Virus record (IMG/VR): IMGVR_UViG_3300030333_002409
Span: 2,698 to 66,697 of that record
Origin: a virus
Strand: one strand, 5' to 3'
DNA length: 64,000 nt
Program-made: the position numbers and the translations under genes
Part shown: in pieces, positions 9,677-18,023 of the stretch
Layout of the letters: each line of letters opens with the position of its first letter
Position numbering within the stretch: position 1 is the first letter of the stretch
Notes under the pieces: model-generated
Told to the model about the DNA's origin: nothing
What the model saw: only the letters and a program-made list of their open reading frames with translations
The model's database searches: none

Positions 9677-10048
9677 TCCCCTTCTTCGCTCGTCGCAGCG
9701 AGCCTAAACAGGCCTTAAGCTGCGAGCGGCCTGCCCTTCGGGGCAGGTGTGGCTTACCCGCTTCCTTTGGGAGCGGTGTGTCCGCTCTGTGAGGGCGGAC
9801 TGGACGTTCCCGCCTCCGTCCTATGGCGGAGGACCGCACGATGGCGGCGGTCTGTAGGAGCCACGAGGATCCCGTCTAAGGCCATCCCTCCCTAAGGAGG
9901 GGTACGAGACCCCTTAGGGGCTTGGGAGCTCTCTATGGAGCTCTCCGGGCCTCTCAAGGCACGCTAGTGTGCGTGTGCGTGGGGGTCTGCTTTTTTCATC
10001 GTCCCTATGGGGACACAGCAGCCACCATAGGTGGCGTAAGGAGTTCAC

Positions 10049-10570
10049 ATGAACGATAGACAATACCGAGGATCTCTCTGCGGAGACCACCTCCACCCTG
10101 ATGAGGTGGAGTCGATGACGCAGACTTGGACCGGTAAGTTCCGGTATAGCGAGGATATCTCCATAAAGTGGGAGATTCTCCACTGGACTTCTCCGGATAA
10201 CCGTAGGCCAGTGCCTACTCCAAGGTTTCCGGATCCGAGCGATGACCTCATTGGAGGTCGTGATGGCTGGAACATCTATCTTTATCTTCCCGCAGATTTC
10301 ATCTGTGATTATGATAATGATGACTGGTCGAAGGTGTCGGACTACGACTTCGGTGAGCTGGTTCCCTACTCCTTTGGAGAGGTTACTTGGGCGACCCGTG
10401 TCACTGAGTTCGGAACCAAGTACCTCAAGTTGGGCAATGATTACAATCATTCGTTCAACGATGCCTACTATTCGTTCGAGGAAATCTTCAAGGATCTGTC
10501 CAAGATTCTTGCTGAGTTCCGCCCTCCTTCGGAGCCCTTTGAACTTCCAAAGGGTTTCAATGAGGATTGA
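10049..10570 (+). CDS. Hypothetical acidic/aromatic early protein
   Basis: SD TAAGGAG; followed by hairpin CCCTCCC-TGAAA-GGGAGGG. Confidence 0.7.
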   Translation: MNDRQYRGSLCGDHLHPDEVESMTQTWTGKFRYSEDISIKWEILHWTSPDNRRPVPTPRFPDPSDDLIGGRDGWNIYLYLPADFICDYDNDDWSKVSDYDFGELVPYSFGEVTWATRVTEFGTKYLKLGNDYNHSFNDAYYSFEEIFKDLSKILAEFRPPSEPFELPKGFNED

Positions 10571-10675
10571 ATCGGGCTCCCTCCCTGAAAGGGGAGGGTG
10601 TCTATTTGACCACTAACTCTTGGGTGGCTTGGTCAACCACCGAACCGTATGGTGCTAAGCACCAAGGAGGAACAA

Positions 10676-12778
10676 ATGAAATCATTTGATCTTCAACTCA
10701 AGCGTGAGGAGGCTCTTGTTGAGCCGACTCGTACTCGCTCCTTCCGTAACGCTCAGCGTGCCGGTGGAGACGGCGGCTATGCCGTCGCAGTCGTGGATGA
10801 AGTCGGTCGCTCGCTGGCTGCTGCTGTAAAGGCAGAGGTCTGTGAGGATTGGGCTGAGACCCAGCCTTGGTTCCCTATGTGGAAGGTGCTGTCACCTGAC
10901 ATTGTGGGTATCGAGATGATCGCTGCCATCCTCGATGTTGAAATCTTGGGTGAGTCTGCCCTCGAACAGGTCGTTCTCGACAGGTTCGTGGAAAGGCTCC
11001 GCATTACCCTTGCTTTCCTCAGGGCAAAGCAGGAGAATGCAGCTCTCTTCGAGGAGCACACTCAGCGCCTGCGTAAGCGTGGTGCTAAGTGGGCAAGCCG
11101 TGACTCTCAGGTCCGGTTCCTTGAGGTGACCGACACGGACTTGTCCGTTGTCGAACAAGATTTGCTCCGCCGGGTAGGGATGGTTGTGTTGGGGATCGCC
11201 GTTGATTCTGGACTCATCCAGAAGGATAAGGAGAACTCCAAGTTCTACTTGTCTCTGACCCGCTCATGGCGGCGGCGCATTCACCGGAACATGGAAGGGC
11301 GTGCCTTAGCACGACCCATTCGTCGACCGATGGTGCATCGTCCCAAGGACTGGAACGAGGCAGGTGTGGGTGGAGGATACCTGTCCAAATGGATGGCGTA
11401 CAACCTCGTTGATGGCGATAGCCTCGCCTCACCTATGGTGGTGGAGATGGCTAATCGGATGCAGTCCGTAGGGTACTGCGTCAATGAGCAGGTCCTGAAG
11501 CTCGCCTTGCGTGGGCTGAAGGGTTACCGCTCATCCAAAGATGCGGTTGATGGCAAGGTCCTTCGGGCAGAAGCCTCTCTCAAGGAGGCGGAAGCCTTGC
11601 TCAACACCACCTTCTACTTCTGTGTCAAGTGTGACTACCGTGGTCGTGTGTACTACGTCAGTGACATCCTCAACCCTCAGGGTTGGGACCTTGACCGAGG
11701 GCTTCTCCGCTATGCGGAGGGGTGCGAACGCACGCCTGAGGCGTTGCGTTGGCTGAAGATTCACACTGCCAACAAGTTTGGCTTTGACAAGGAATCCTTC
11801 GAGGATCGTGTCAAGTGGTGTGATGAGCGATTCAACGAAATGCAGGCGGATCCCGTTGCCTTCTGGAAGGGCAACGACCCCGGCGACAAGGACCGTTGGT
11901 CATCACTGGCTGCGGTACTCGACCTCGTTGGGGATGGTCCCATCACTACTCCGATTCAGGTCGACGCGACCTGCTCGGGACTTCAGCACTTGTCAGCAAT
12001 GGCAGGTGATGAAGCAGTCGCCGTTGCGACTAATGTGATGCCGTCTGAAGACGGGATGCGTTGCGATCCTTACGTTGCCACCGCTGAAGCCTGCGGTCGG
12101 AAGCGATCTGAGGTCAAGCAAGCCGTGATGTGCATCCCCTATGGCATTAGCCTCTCGGGGATGATCGATCAGTTGATCGAAGAGGGCATTGAGCCCGACC
12201 GCCTCAAGGCTACAGTCTTGGCTGAAGACATCTGGGCCAGCTGTGAGGAGCTGATGAGTGGAGTACTCTCCATTATGAAGTTCCTCAAGGCTGGAGGACG
12301 AGCGTTGGCGGAAGCCGGTGTTCGTCCTCAGTGGACAACCCCTTCGGGGTTTGTCGCTGTGATGCCAACCGCTATCCTGAAGCGGCGCATCAGCATCATG
12401 GATGCCAAAGGCAACATGGTGAAGACCCAGTTTGGTATTGAAGCAGCCGATGAGGTTGACCCCAACCAAGTTGTCCGTGGCATGGCTCCGAACTTCGTTC
12501 ATAGCTATGATGCGGCACTGGTTGCCCTTGTGGTATCCCGTTGGGATGGACCAGTTACCTGCATCCATGACTGCTTCGCTACCACTGCGGACCAGATGGA
12601 CGCACTGCGAAATCTGATCCACGAGTGCTTCGTGGAACTGTATGGAAGCGATGCGATCCAGAAGGTACGCAATGAGTTTGTCCACTCAGCTCCGCTGGGG
12701 GTCAGCGTACCGCTGCCGCCAGTCCGGCGAGAGATGGACCTCAACCGCTCGCTCGAAAGCGAGTACATGTACTCCTGA
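10676..12778 (+). CDS. T7-type single-subunit RNA polymerase 1 (compact, about 700 aa)
   Basis: DYRGRVY, motif A PIQVDATCSGLQH, motif B RSEVKQAVMCIPYG, APNFVHSYDA, motif C IHDCF, C-terminal YMYS; SD AAGGAGG before ATG 10676. Confidence 0.95.
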   Translation: MKSFDLQLKREEALVEPTRTRSFRNAQRAGGDGGYAVAVVDEVGRSLAAAVKAEVCEDWAETQPWFPMWKVLSPDIVGIEMIAAILDVEILGESALEQVVLDRFVERLRITLAFLRAKQENAALFEEHTQRLRKRGAKWASRDSQVRFLEVTDTDLSVVEQDLLRRVGMVVLGIAVDSGLIQKDKENSKFYLSLTRSWRRRIHRNMEGRALARPIRRPMVHRPKDWNEAGVGGGYLSKWMAYNLVDGDSLASPMVVEMANRMQSVGYCVNEQVLKLALRGLKGYRSSKDAVDGKVLRAEASLKEAEALLNTTFYFCVKCDYRGRVYYVSDILNPQGWDLDRGLLRYAEGCERTPEALRWLKIHTANKFGFDKESFEDRVKWCDERFNEMQADPVAFWKGNDPGDKDRWSSLAAVLDLVGDGPITTPIQVDATCSGLQHLSAMAGDEAVAVATNVMPSEDGMRCDPYVATAEACGRKRSEVKQAVMCIPYGISLSGMIDQLIEEGIEPDRLKATVLAEDIWASCEELMSGVLSIMKFLKAGGRALAEAGVRPQWTTPSGFVAVMPTAILKRRISIMDAKGNMVKTQFGIEAADEVDPNQVVRGMAPNFVHSYDAALVALVVSRWDGPVTCIHDCFATTADQMDALRNLIHECFVELYGSDAIQKVRNEFVHSAPLGVSVPLPPVRREMDLNRSLESEYMYS

Positions 12779-12848
12779 TTGAACGGGGTGCGTTACGGGG
12801 CTCCTCCCTAGGGGGGAGCCTCGATACCTGTGCCGTTCAACCAACAAA

Positions 12849-12872
12849 GGTGGGCAAAGCCCACCAATAGAA
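12849..12872 (+). promoter_or_regulatory. Class A hairpin promoter candidate 1 (GGTGGGC-AAA-GCCCACC-AATAGAA)
   Basis: One of three copies directly downstream of RNAP1; 3' part resembles the SP6 initiation region CACTATAGAA. Confidence 0.65.
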
Positions 12873-12992
12873 AGACGTATGTGTCTTTCTAAGGGAAGGG
12901 GCATAGGGTACGGGGATACCTTCATCTCATGATGAGGAGCCCCCGCCCTACTTCGGCGGACGGTGGGATGCAAAACATCTCGGCGGACCGGA

Positions 12993-13016
12993 GGTGACCA
13001 AAGGTCACCAATAGAA
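12993..13016 (+). promoter_or_regulatory. Class A hairpin promoter candidate 2 (GGTGACC-AAA-GGTCACC-AATAGAA)
   Basis: Same architecture with two compensatory base-pair changes in the stem. Confidence 0.65.
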
Positions 13017-13160
13017 GAGGGGCAGTGTTCGACTACTTACCTGTGGATTGCAGGGTCAACACTTAGATAATCCACAGGCTACCCCAGACGGCAGAGCACG
13101 GGTTTGTTGGAGGCTGGGTGCGGCGGACGTAGACCTGCCAAGAGTAACAAAGGTCTAGCG

Positions 13161-13184
13161 GGTGGGCAGAGCCCACCAATAGAA
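13161..13184 (+). promoter_or_regulatory. Class A hairpin promoter candidate 3 (GGTGGGC-AGA-GCCCACC-AATAGAA)
   Basis: Same architecture with loop variant AGA. Confidence 0.65.
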
Positions 13185-13470
13185 GAACTCGTAGCAGTGA
13201 CGGTTGTACAACCTAGGGACTGTAATGGAGTTTGCTCCACCTTTAGCGGGGTGGACTGAACGACGCCTCGGCAGAGGTACAGGTCCTGCACATGGACCCG
13301 TGTTAACTTATTCCCGATGTGCCGGGTTAGCTGATATCTGTAGGTAGGAAATCAGCTGGACAATAGGAGACGCCTCCCAGTGGGGAACTGGGTCATCACT
13401 CCCCAACTTTCTGCATCCAAGGAATATCAGACTTGACTCTGGTATCCCTTAGGTACAGAACCTAGAAAGG

Positions 13471-13683
13471 ATGTGCATTATGCGTATCAAAGTAGAAATG
13501 CTGGCTCCTTGGTCAGTCGCTGTCTATGTGGACGGTGAGATTTCAGATTGTTTCGACTGTGCGAACGATGCGGTCGAGCATATCCGTGAACTAACGGATG
13601 ACCCCGCCAACGTGAGCGTCACGTTTGACGAGGGATTCCAATGGCAATGTGAGAAAGCCGCAAGGCGTGGCTGGAAGGCTTGA
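13471..13683 (+). CDS. Hypothetical protein
   Basis: GAAAGGA upstream; first of a tightly packed run of small ORFs. Confidence 0.6.
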   Translation: MCIMRIKVEMLAPWSVAVYVDGEISDCFDCANDAVEHIRELTDDPANVSVTFDEGFQWQCEKAARRGWKA

Positions 13684-13685
13684 CT

Positions 13686-13820
13686 ATGTTTAGTGAAGAA
13701 GATATCGTGTACCTTGAGTACTGTGGTTTGAACGAGTACGAAGATTTCCTGAAGGAGTGCCAGCACTGGTTGCTGGAGAAGGAACTTCCTAATGATGATG
13801 GAGAGTTTGAAGATGAGTGA
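13686..13820 (+). CDS. Very acidic 44-aa protein (MFSEEDIVYLEY...)
   Basis: Translated by hand; abuts neighbouring ORFs. Confidence 0.55.
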   Translation: MFSEEDIVYLEYCGLNEYEDFLKECQHWLLEKELPNDDGEFEDE

Positions 13821-13953
13821 GTATAAAGATTCCGTAGTGAAGGGCATTGCCCTTAATCCTTGCGTGAAGCCTGAGACTTCGAAGGAAGCGAAGGCTGAGT
13901 GCAAGAAGCGTGGCATCAAACTTACTAAGCCGAAGGTGAAAGCCAATGCTTAA
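13813..13953 (+). CDS. Small basic 46-aa protein
   Basis: Translated by hand; GGAG upstream, overlaps both neighbours by 8 nt. Confidence 0.5.
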   Translation: MSEYKDSVVKGIALNPCVKPETSKEAKAECKKRGIKLTKPKVKANA

Positions 13954-14269
13954 GAGTTACGATGGGTTTGAGAAGGTGGGGGAGCTGAGCTACCCGTATG
14001 GTCCAGCCAAACCGTGGTTCAAGTTCCACACCCCTCAAACTATAACCAATCAGTTCGATGAACGAGTAGTAGTAGATTACTTCTTGATTTCCACTGTGTC
14101 TCACCTTGATTATGACGGGACAGACCACTGGGAAACGATGGTATTTCCTTGCGATGAACACGGAGAGGTCCCCGAAGGGGATTACTCTGGCATCTATGCA
14201 GAAGTTTCTGCGTGGAAACCTAGTGAAACAGAAGTATTGAGTAGTTTTATTTCAACTATTAAGGAGTGA
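13946..14269 (+). CDS. Hypothetical protein (ISTV...WETMVF motif)
   Basis: ORF track; the ISTV...ETMVF pattern is one I recognise from small phage proteins. Confidence 0.65.
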   Translation: MLKSYDGFEKVGELSYPYGPAKPWFKFHTPQTITNQFDERVVVDYFLISTVSHLDYDGTDHWETMVFPCDEHGEVPEGDYSGIYAEVSAWKPSETEVLSSFISTIKE

Positions 14270-14272
14270 CAA

Positions 14273-14602
14273 ATGAATACACCAGTTAGTGTACAGTTTT
14301 ACTTTGACTTGGAGACTGACGATGGCGTGTCCCTTACAGGGGAAGGCTCAATGGACGGTACTCTTGAGTATGACCGGGGAGATTACTATAATCCACCATA
14401 TACCGACATTAACCCAGACCTTGGGACATGTTGCATCGAAGGAATATGGATGGACGAGGACGAGAACGAAATTCCGATTGCGATGACCGGGAGGGAAGCA
14501 TATGATTTGCTCGAAGCCTATGGGTGGAACTATGATATGCTTGAAGTATCCGACTGGGATGAGGTTGAGTATGACTATTGTAGAGAGGATGATTATTCAT
14601 GA
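14273..14602 (+). CDS. Highly acidic hypothetical protein
   Basis: SD TAAGGAG; D/E-rich. Confidence 0.7.
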   Translation: MNTPVSVQFYFDLETDDGVSLTGEGSMDGTLEYDRGDYYNPPYTDINPDLGTCCIEGIWMDEDENEIPIAMTGREAYDLLEAYGWNYDMLEVSDWDEVEYDYCREDDYS

Positions 14603-14868
14603 GTGCTATATACGAGATTACTGATATTACTACGACCCATGTGTCACGGACTCACTGGTACATGGAAGTACAACAAGAGACGGAAGCCAGTGACTACCAA
14701 ATGGAAGCTGCTGGAGAAGCAGTGATTGATAGTATTGCTGATGATGTTTGGTCCGACCTTGATCCCCTGATTGAGGGTTGGATTGATAGATATGGTGAGC
14801 GATACAAGGACGATCTTAAAGATGCAGTCAAAGAGTGGCTGGAAAGGACTGATGAAGACTATGAGTGA
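14599..14868 (+). CDS. Highly acidic hypothetical protein
   Basis: ATGA overlap with upstream ORF; D/E-rich. Confidence 0.7.
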   Translation: MSAIYEITDITTTHVSRTHWYMEVQQETEASDYQMEAAGEAVIDSIADDVWSDLDPLIEGWIDRYGERYKDDLKDAVKEWLERTDEDYE

Positions 14869-15031
14869 ACTAGATAGAGATGGCGATGTGATTGATTGGC
14901 GTAGTGTAGCATGCTCTTTCTACCATGCATGTGGTGGTTGGCCAGCGGGATGCGGAAATTTAGAAAGCGTTGATAACCTGTGTGAATACTACAGCTTTAA
15001 CTTTGATGAGGAGGAAGAAGACGATGAGTAG
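14861..15031 (+). CDS. Small acidic Cys-containing protein
   Basis: Coupled start MSELDRDGD... Confidence 0.55.
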   Translation: MSELDRDGDVIDWRSVACSFYHACGGWPAGCGNLESVDNLCEYYSFNFDEEEEDDE

Positions 15032-15257
15032 TTGGAAAGAAATACATAAAGATAATATGATTGTAACTGTGTGCGATGAAGAAACATGGGGAGACTACGA
15101 TAATGCAACAGTAATTATCTACCCATCGGAACAGCAGGATATGCTTGACACAGATTGTGGAATCCCCCGGGATGAAGATGAGTTTGAGTACGAAGAGTAC
15201 GACCTCGAAGAGTATGTTCAGATGCGTATTGCCCACTGGGTAGAGGAGAACATGTAA
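15024..15257 (+). CDS. Acidic hypothetical protein
   Basis: GAGGAGG upstream of MSSWKE... Confidence 0.6.
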   Translation: MSSWKEIHKDNMIVTVCDEETWGDYDNATVIIYPSEQQDMLDTDCGIPRDEDEFEYEEYDLEEYVQMRIAHWVEENM

Positions 15258-15493
15258 TGAAAGAGTATCAGATTCTAATTGACGTTACCTCCACTGCATG
15301 GGAAACCTGTAGTGCATGGGTAGAAGCAAACAGTCTTGAAGAAGCTATCGAAAAGTTTGAAGAGAGTCCCTTTGATTATGATTGGGATGGTTGGGAAACA
15401 TGGGATAGTGAAACAAGGCACTGGGAAGTAAGGGCAGAAACTTGGGAGACATTAAATGGCAATCAAAGTGAACATGAAAGTACAACTGAGTGA
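15257..15493 (+). CDS. Acidic Trp-rich hypothetical protein (VEANSLEEAIEK motif)
   Basis: TAATG coupling with upstream ORF. Confidence 0.65.
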   Translation: MKEYQILIDVTSTAWETCSAWVEANSLEEAIEKFEESPFDYDWDGWETWDSETRHWEVRAETWETLNGNQSEHESTTE

Positions 15494-15683
15494 TGAGCTA
15501 CTGAGTAAGATGCGTGAGCTTGGGCTAATCCATGACTGGGCTGAAGATGGTATGGTATGCCCCTTCTTTGCTGAGCATGATACTCAGTGGACACATATCG
15601 AAGACATTCTGTGGTATATTCTGTGGCTAAAAGAAACTGCGGATGACAAGGAGGTGTGGTACAATGATAACTGTGCTTTCTAG
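15456..15683 (+). CDS. Hypothetical protein
   Basis: GGAG upstream; ORF track. Confidence 0.55.
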   Translation: MAIKVNMKVQLSDELLSKMRELGLIHDWAEDGMVCPFFAEHDTQWTHIEDILWYILWLKETADDKEVWYNDNCAF

Positions 15684-16197
15684 TGGACGAACAGGTAGTA
15701 GTTTGGTAATGCAAACTCTTTCTATCTGGGGATACGGCGTTATTGGCGACCGCTTTGGTCACCCTGTGCATAATCCTAAGTTCAATAGACATGGGTACTT
15801 TGAAGTAGAACATGAGTTACTCCCTGAGTATCTTCATCGTGGATATGAGCCCGACAATCCCGTCATTAAGGTGGGAGGCTACGGTTTGCAATGGATGAAT
15901 GATAACTGGGGTAAGCCCAGTGTCTTGATCCATACAAAGCGTGAGTTCATGGGGCAGGTTGCTTCCCTTAGGAAGTGGTCCGGCTTACATCCCGGGGCTG
16001 TGATGGATAGCATACGGAATGATGAGAAAATGTTCGCTAACTTTAAGCGAGATCATTCTGAGATTCCTGTGTGTGTCCTTCATCTTAGTGATTTAGAAAG
16101 TAATCCTCAAGGTTACTTCGAAAGGTTGGCTGAAGCAGTAGACTATCGTGGCTGCATTGCAACAGCCCTATTAAATAAGGAGCTAGGCTATGCCTAA
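15664..16197 (+). CDS. Sulfotransferase-like protein
   Basis: N-terminal 5'-PSB-loop-like LSSGRTGSSLVMQTL and NxxGYFE; SD AAGGAGG. Confidence 0.6.
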   Translation: MITVLSSGRTGSSLVMQTLSIWGYGVIGDRFGHPVHNPKFNRHGYFEVEHELLPEYLHRGYEPDNPVIKVGGYGLQWMNDNWGKPSVLIHTKREFMGQVASLRKWSGLHPGAVMDSIRNDEKMFANFKRDHSEIPVCVLHLSDLESNPQGYFERLAEAVDYRGCIATALLNKELGYA

Positions 16198-16654
16198 TTG
16201 GTGTTTGAATGAGGTCAGGGTATATTTCCCTGATGTAGAAACAAGAGATGAATTTCTCCGGGCGGTTGAGGGAGGAAGGAAAGTTACAATGGCTCTTGGT
16301 GGCGAAGAGATTAAACAAATGGAGCATACTACTATGTTGTTTAATTCTATTCTTCCTGAACCTAAGCATACAATCGAAGGGGAAGGAGTAGATCAGAAGT
16401 GGATAGGAGAAAACGGCGAGGAGTATGACTGGTACAACTGGCGGTGTCAGAATTGGGGAACCAAGTGGGAGCCAGACATCATTCACTTTGATCGAGAAGA
16501 TGATACTACCGTATACTGGGAGATGTACACAGCTTGGTGTCCGCCCGACGGAATCTACAATAAGCTGTGTGAGGATTGGGAAGACAAGGACGTTACTATT
16601 AACTGGTTCTATCGTGAAGATGGCATGCAAATCGCAGGCTGGTTGCCTGAGTAA
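16190..16654 (+). CDS. DUF1281/YubB ferredoxin-like domain protein
   Basis: MPNWCxN, WYNWRCQNWGTKW, TAWCPP. Confidence 0.75.
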   Translation: MPNWCLNEVRVYFPDVETRDEFLRAVEGGRKVTMALGGEEIKQMEHTTMLFNSILPEPKHTIEGEGVDQKWIGENGEEYDWYNWRCQNWGTKWEPDIIHFDREDDTTVYWEMYTAWCPPDGIYNKLCEDWEDKDVTINWFYREDGMQIAGWLPE

Positions 16655-16664
16655 GGAGACAACA

Positions 16665-16907
16665 ATGGGTATGATGAAGAAGCTTACAGTTCTAGATATT
16701 GGGGATGAGATTGCTATTAAGAATTCTGATAGCGAATGCCCTGATACCTACGTTGGAAAGGTAATGGACATCTTGGATTACTGGGACATGGATATATATC
16801 TCGTTGAGTACTTTGCTGAAGGAGAAACCAAAACTACTTCTGTTTGTGCGGCTGATATTGATTTGATCAAACAAAAGGAACTTTACTATGGAAACCGAAC
16901 TGATTAA
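16665..16907 (+). CDS. Hypothetical protein
   Basis: SD TAAGGAG before MGMMKK. Confidence 0.6.
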   Translation: MGMMKKLTVLDIGDEIAIKNSDSECPDTYVGKVMDILDYWDMDIYLVEYFAEGETKTTSVCAADIDLIKQKELYYGNRTD

Positions 16908-17030
16908 AATGAGTATGCAAGAAGTAAAGAATACTTACGTCTTGCTTGGATGTTTGTTAGGTGTAGGATGTGGAGTCTTGTTGTCTTCACTGGTGATGCT
17001 TATTTGGACTGATGGAAGGAGACATAAATA

Positions 17031-18023
17031 ATGTCACACGAAATGTATGAGAACGATAGTGCTATGTACTACAAAGAGAAGGCATGGCACGGGCTGGGTA
17101 CTGTGGTTGAGAAAGCATACAACCCACGCCAAGCTTTGGAGATGGCAGGTCTTGACTGGACTGTTGAGCAGTCCGATTACTTGCAGGTCCACCTCCCCGA
17201 TGGGGACAGCGTGATTGACCACAAGCATCGTGCTAATGTGCGATCAGATACTCGAGACATTCTTGGGTGGGTAGGTACACAGTATCAGCCGCTTCAGAAC
17301 CACGAGCTAGCAGAAATTGCTTACAGCCTTAACGGAGAAGACTCTGTTGTTGAGTCTTGCGGTTCACTGTTTAATGGTGGACAAGTATACTTCTTGATTC
17401 GAGGTGAGTCCTTCGATACAGGCAACGGCAACGACACAGTGGAGCGATACATGCTGCTGACTAACGGGCATGACGGCAAGCTCCGTGCTACTGCTAAGCC
17501 TACGTCTGTCCGTGTGGTGTGTAATAACACGCTGACGATGGCACTGAACCAGCAAGGGCAGAGCTTTGGCTTTACCCACAACGGAGACATGGCTGTTAAG
17601 ATTCAGGAAGCGAAGGAAGCTATGGCTATGTTCCGTGAGACTGGTCAGTTCTTCAAGGATGCTGTTAGCGTACTTAACTACCGACAGGTCACGACCGAAA
17701 GCGTTCAGAAGTTCTGGACTGAGATCTATCAGGATCTTGTTGAAGAAATTCCTATGAATCCTGAGAACAAAGAAGAAGAGAGAGCTAAGAAGAAGGCAAA
17801 GGTTACCCTGTCTACATGGGCAGAAACCTTTGACAACGAACGCCAAGTTGCTGGGACTAATATGTGGAATGCATTCAATGCGGTAACAAATTGGATGGAC
17901 CACAAGACTCGGTACAACGGCACGCCTGAGAAGAAAGCTGAGAATCGTTTGCACTCTAACCTTTGGGGTAAGAGTGAGACGAAGAAGAAGCAAGTATTCA
18001 AGGCAGCACTGGCAGCGTCATGA
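17031..18023 (+). CDS. DUF932 / TIGR03299-like phage-plasmid protein
   Basis: MSHE..., AWHGLG, QPLQN, NGHDG, RVVCNNTL. Confidence 0.85.
   Translation: MSHEMYENDSAMYYKEKAWHGLGTVVEKAYNPRQALEMAGLDWTVEQSDYLQVHLPDGDSVIDHKHRANVRSDTRDILGWVGTQYQPLQNHELAEIAYSLNGEDSVVESCGSLFNGGQVYFLIRGESFDTGNGNDTVERYMLLTNGHDGKLRATAKPTSVRVVCNNTLTMALNQQGQSFGFTHNGDMAVKIQEAKEAMAMFRETGQFFKDAVSVLNYRQVTTESVQKFWTEIYQDLVEEIPMNPENKEEERAKKKAKVTLSTWAETFDNERQVAGTNMWNAFNAVTNWMDHKTRYNGTPEKKAENRLHSNLWGKSETKKKQVFKAALAAS

Noticed and set aside
12849-13184. Class A repeats as a CRISPR or mini-array
   Set aside because: Spacing of 144 and 168 nt is too long and uneven, and no cas genes are present.
13433-13461. Sigma70 promoter from TTGACT
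   Set aside because: No convincing -10 element at the proper spacing.
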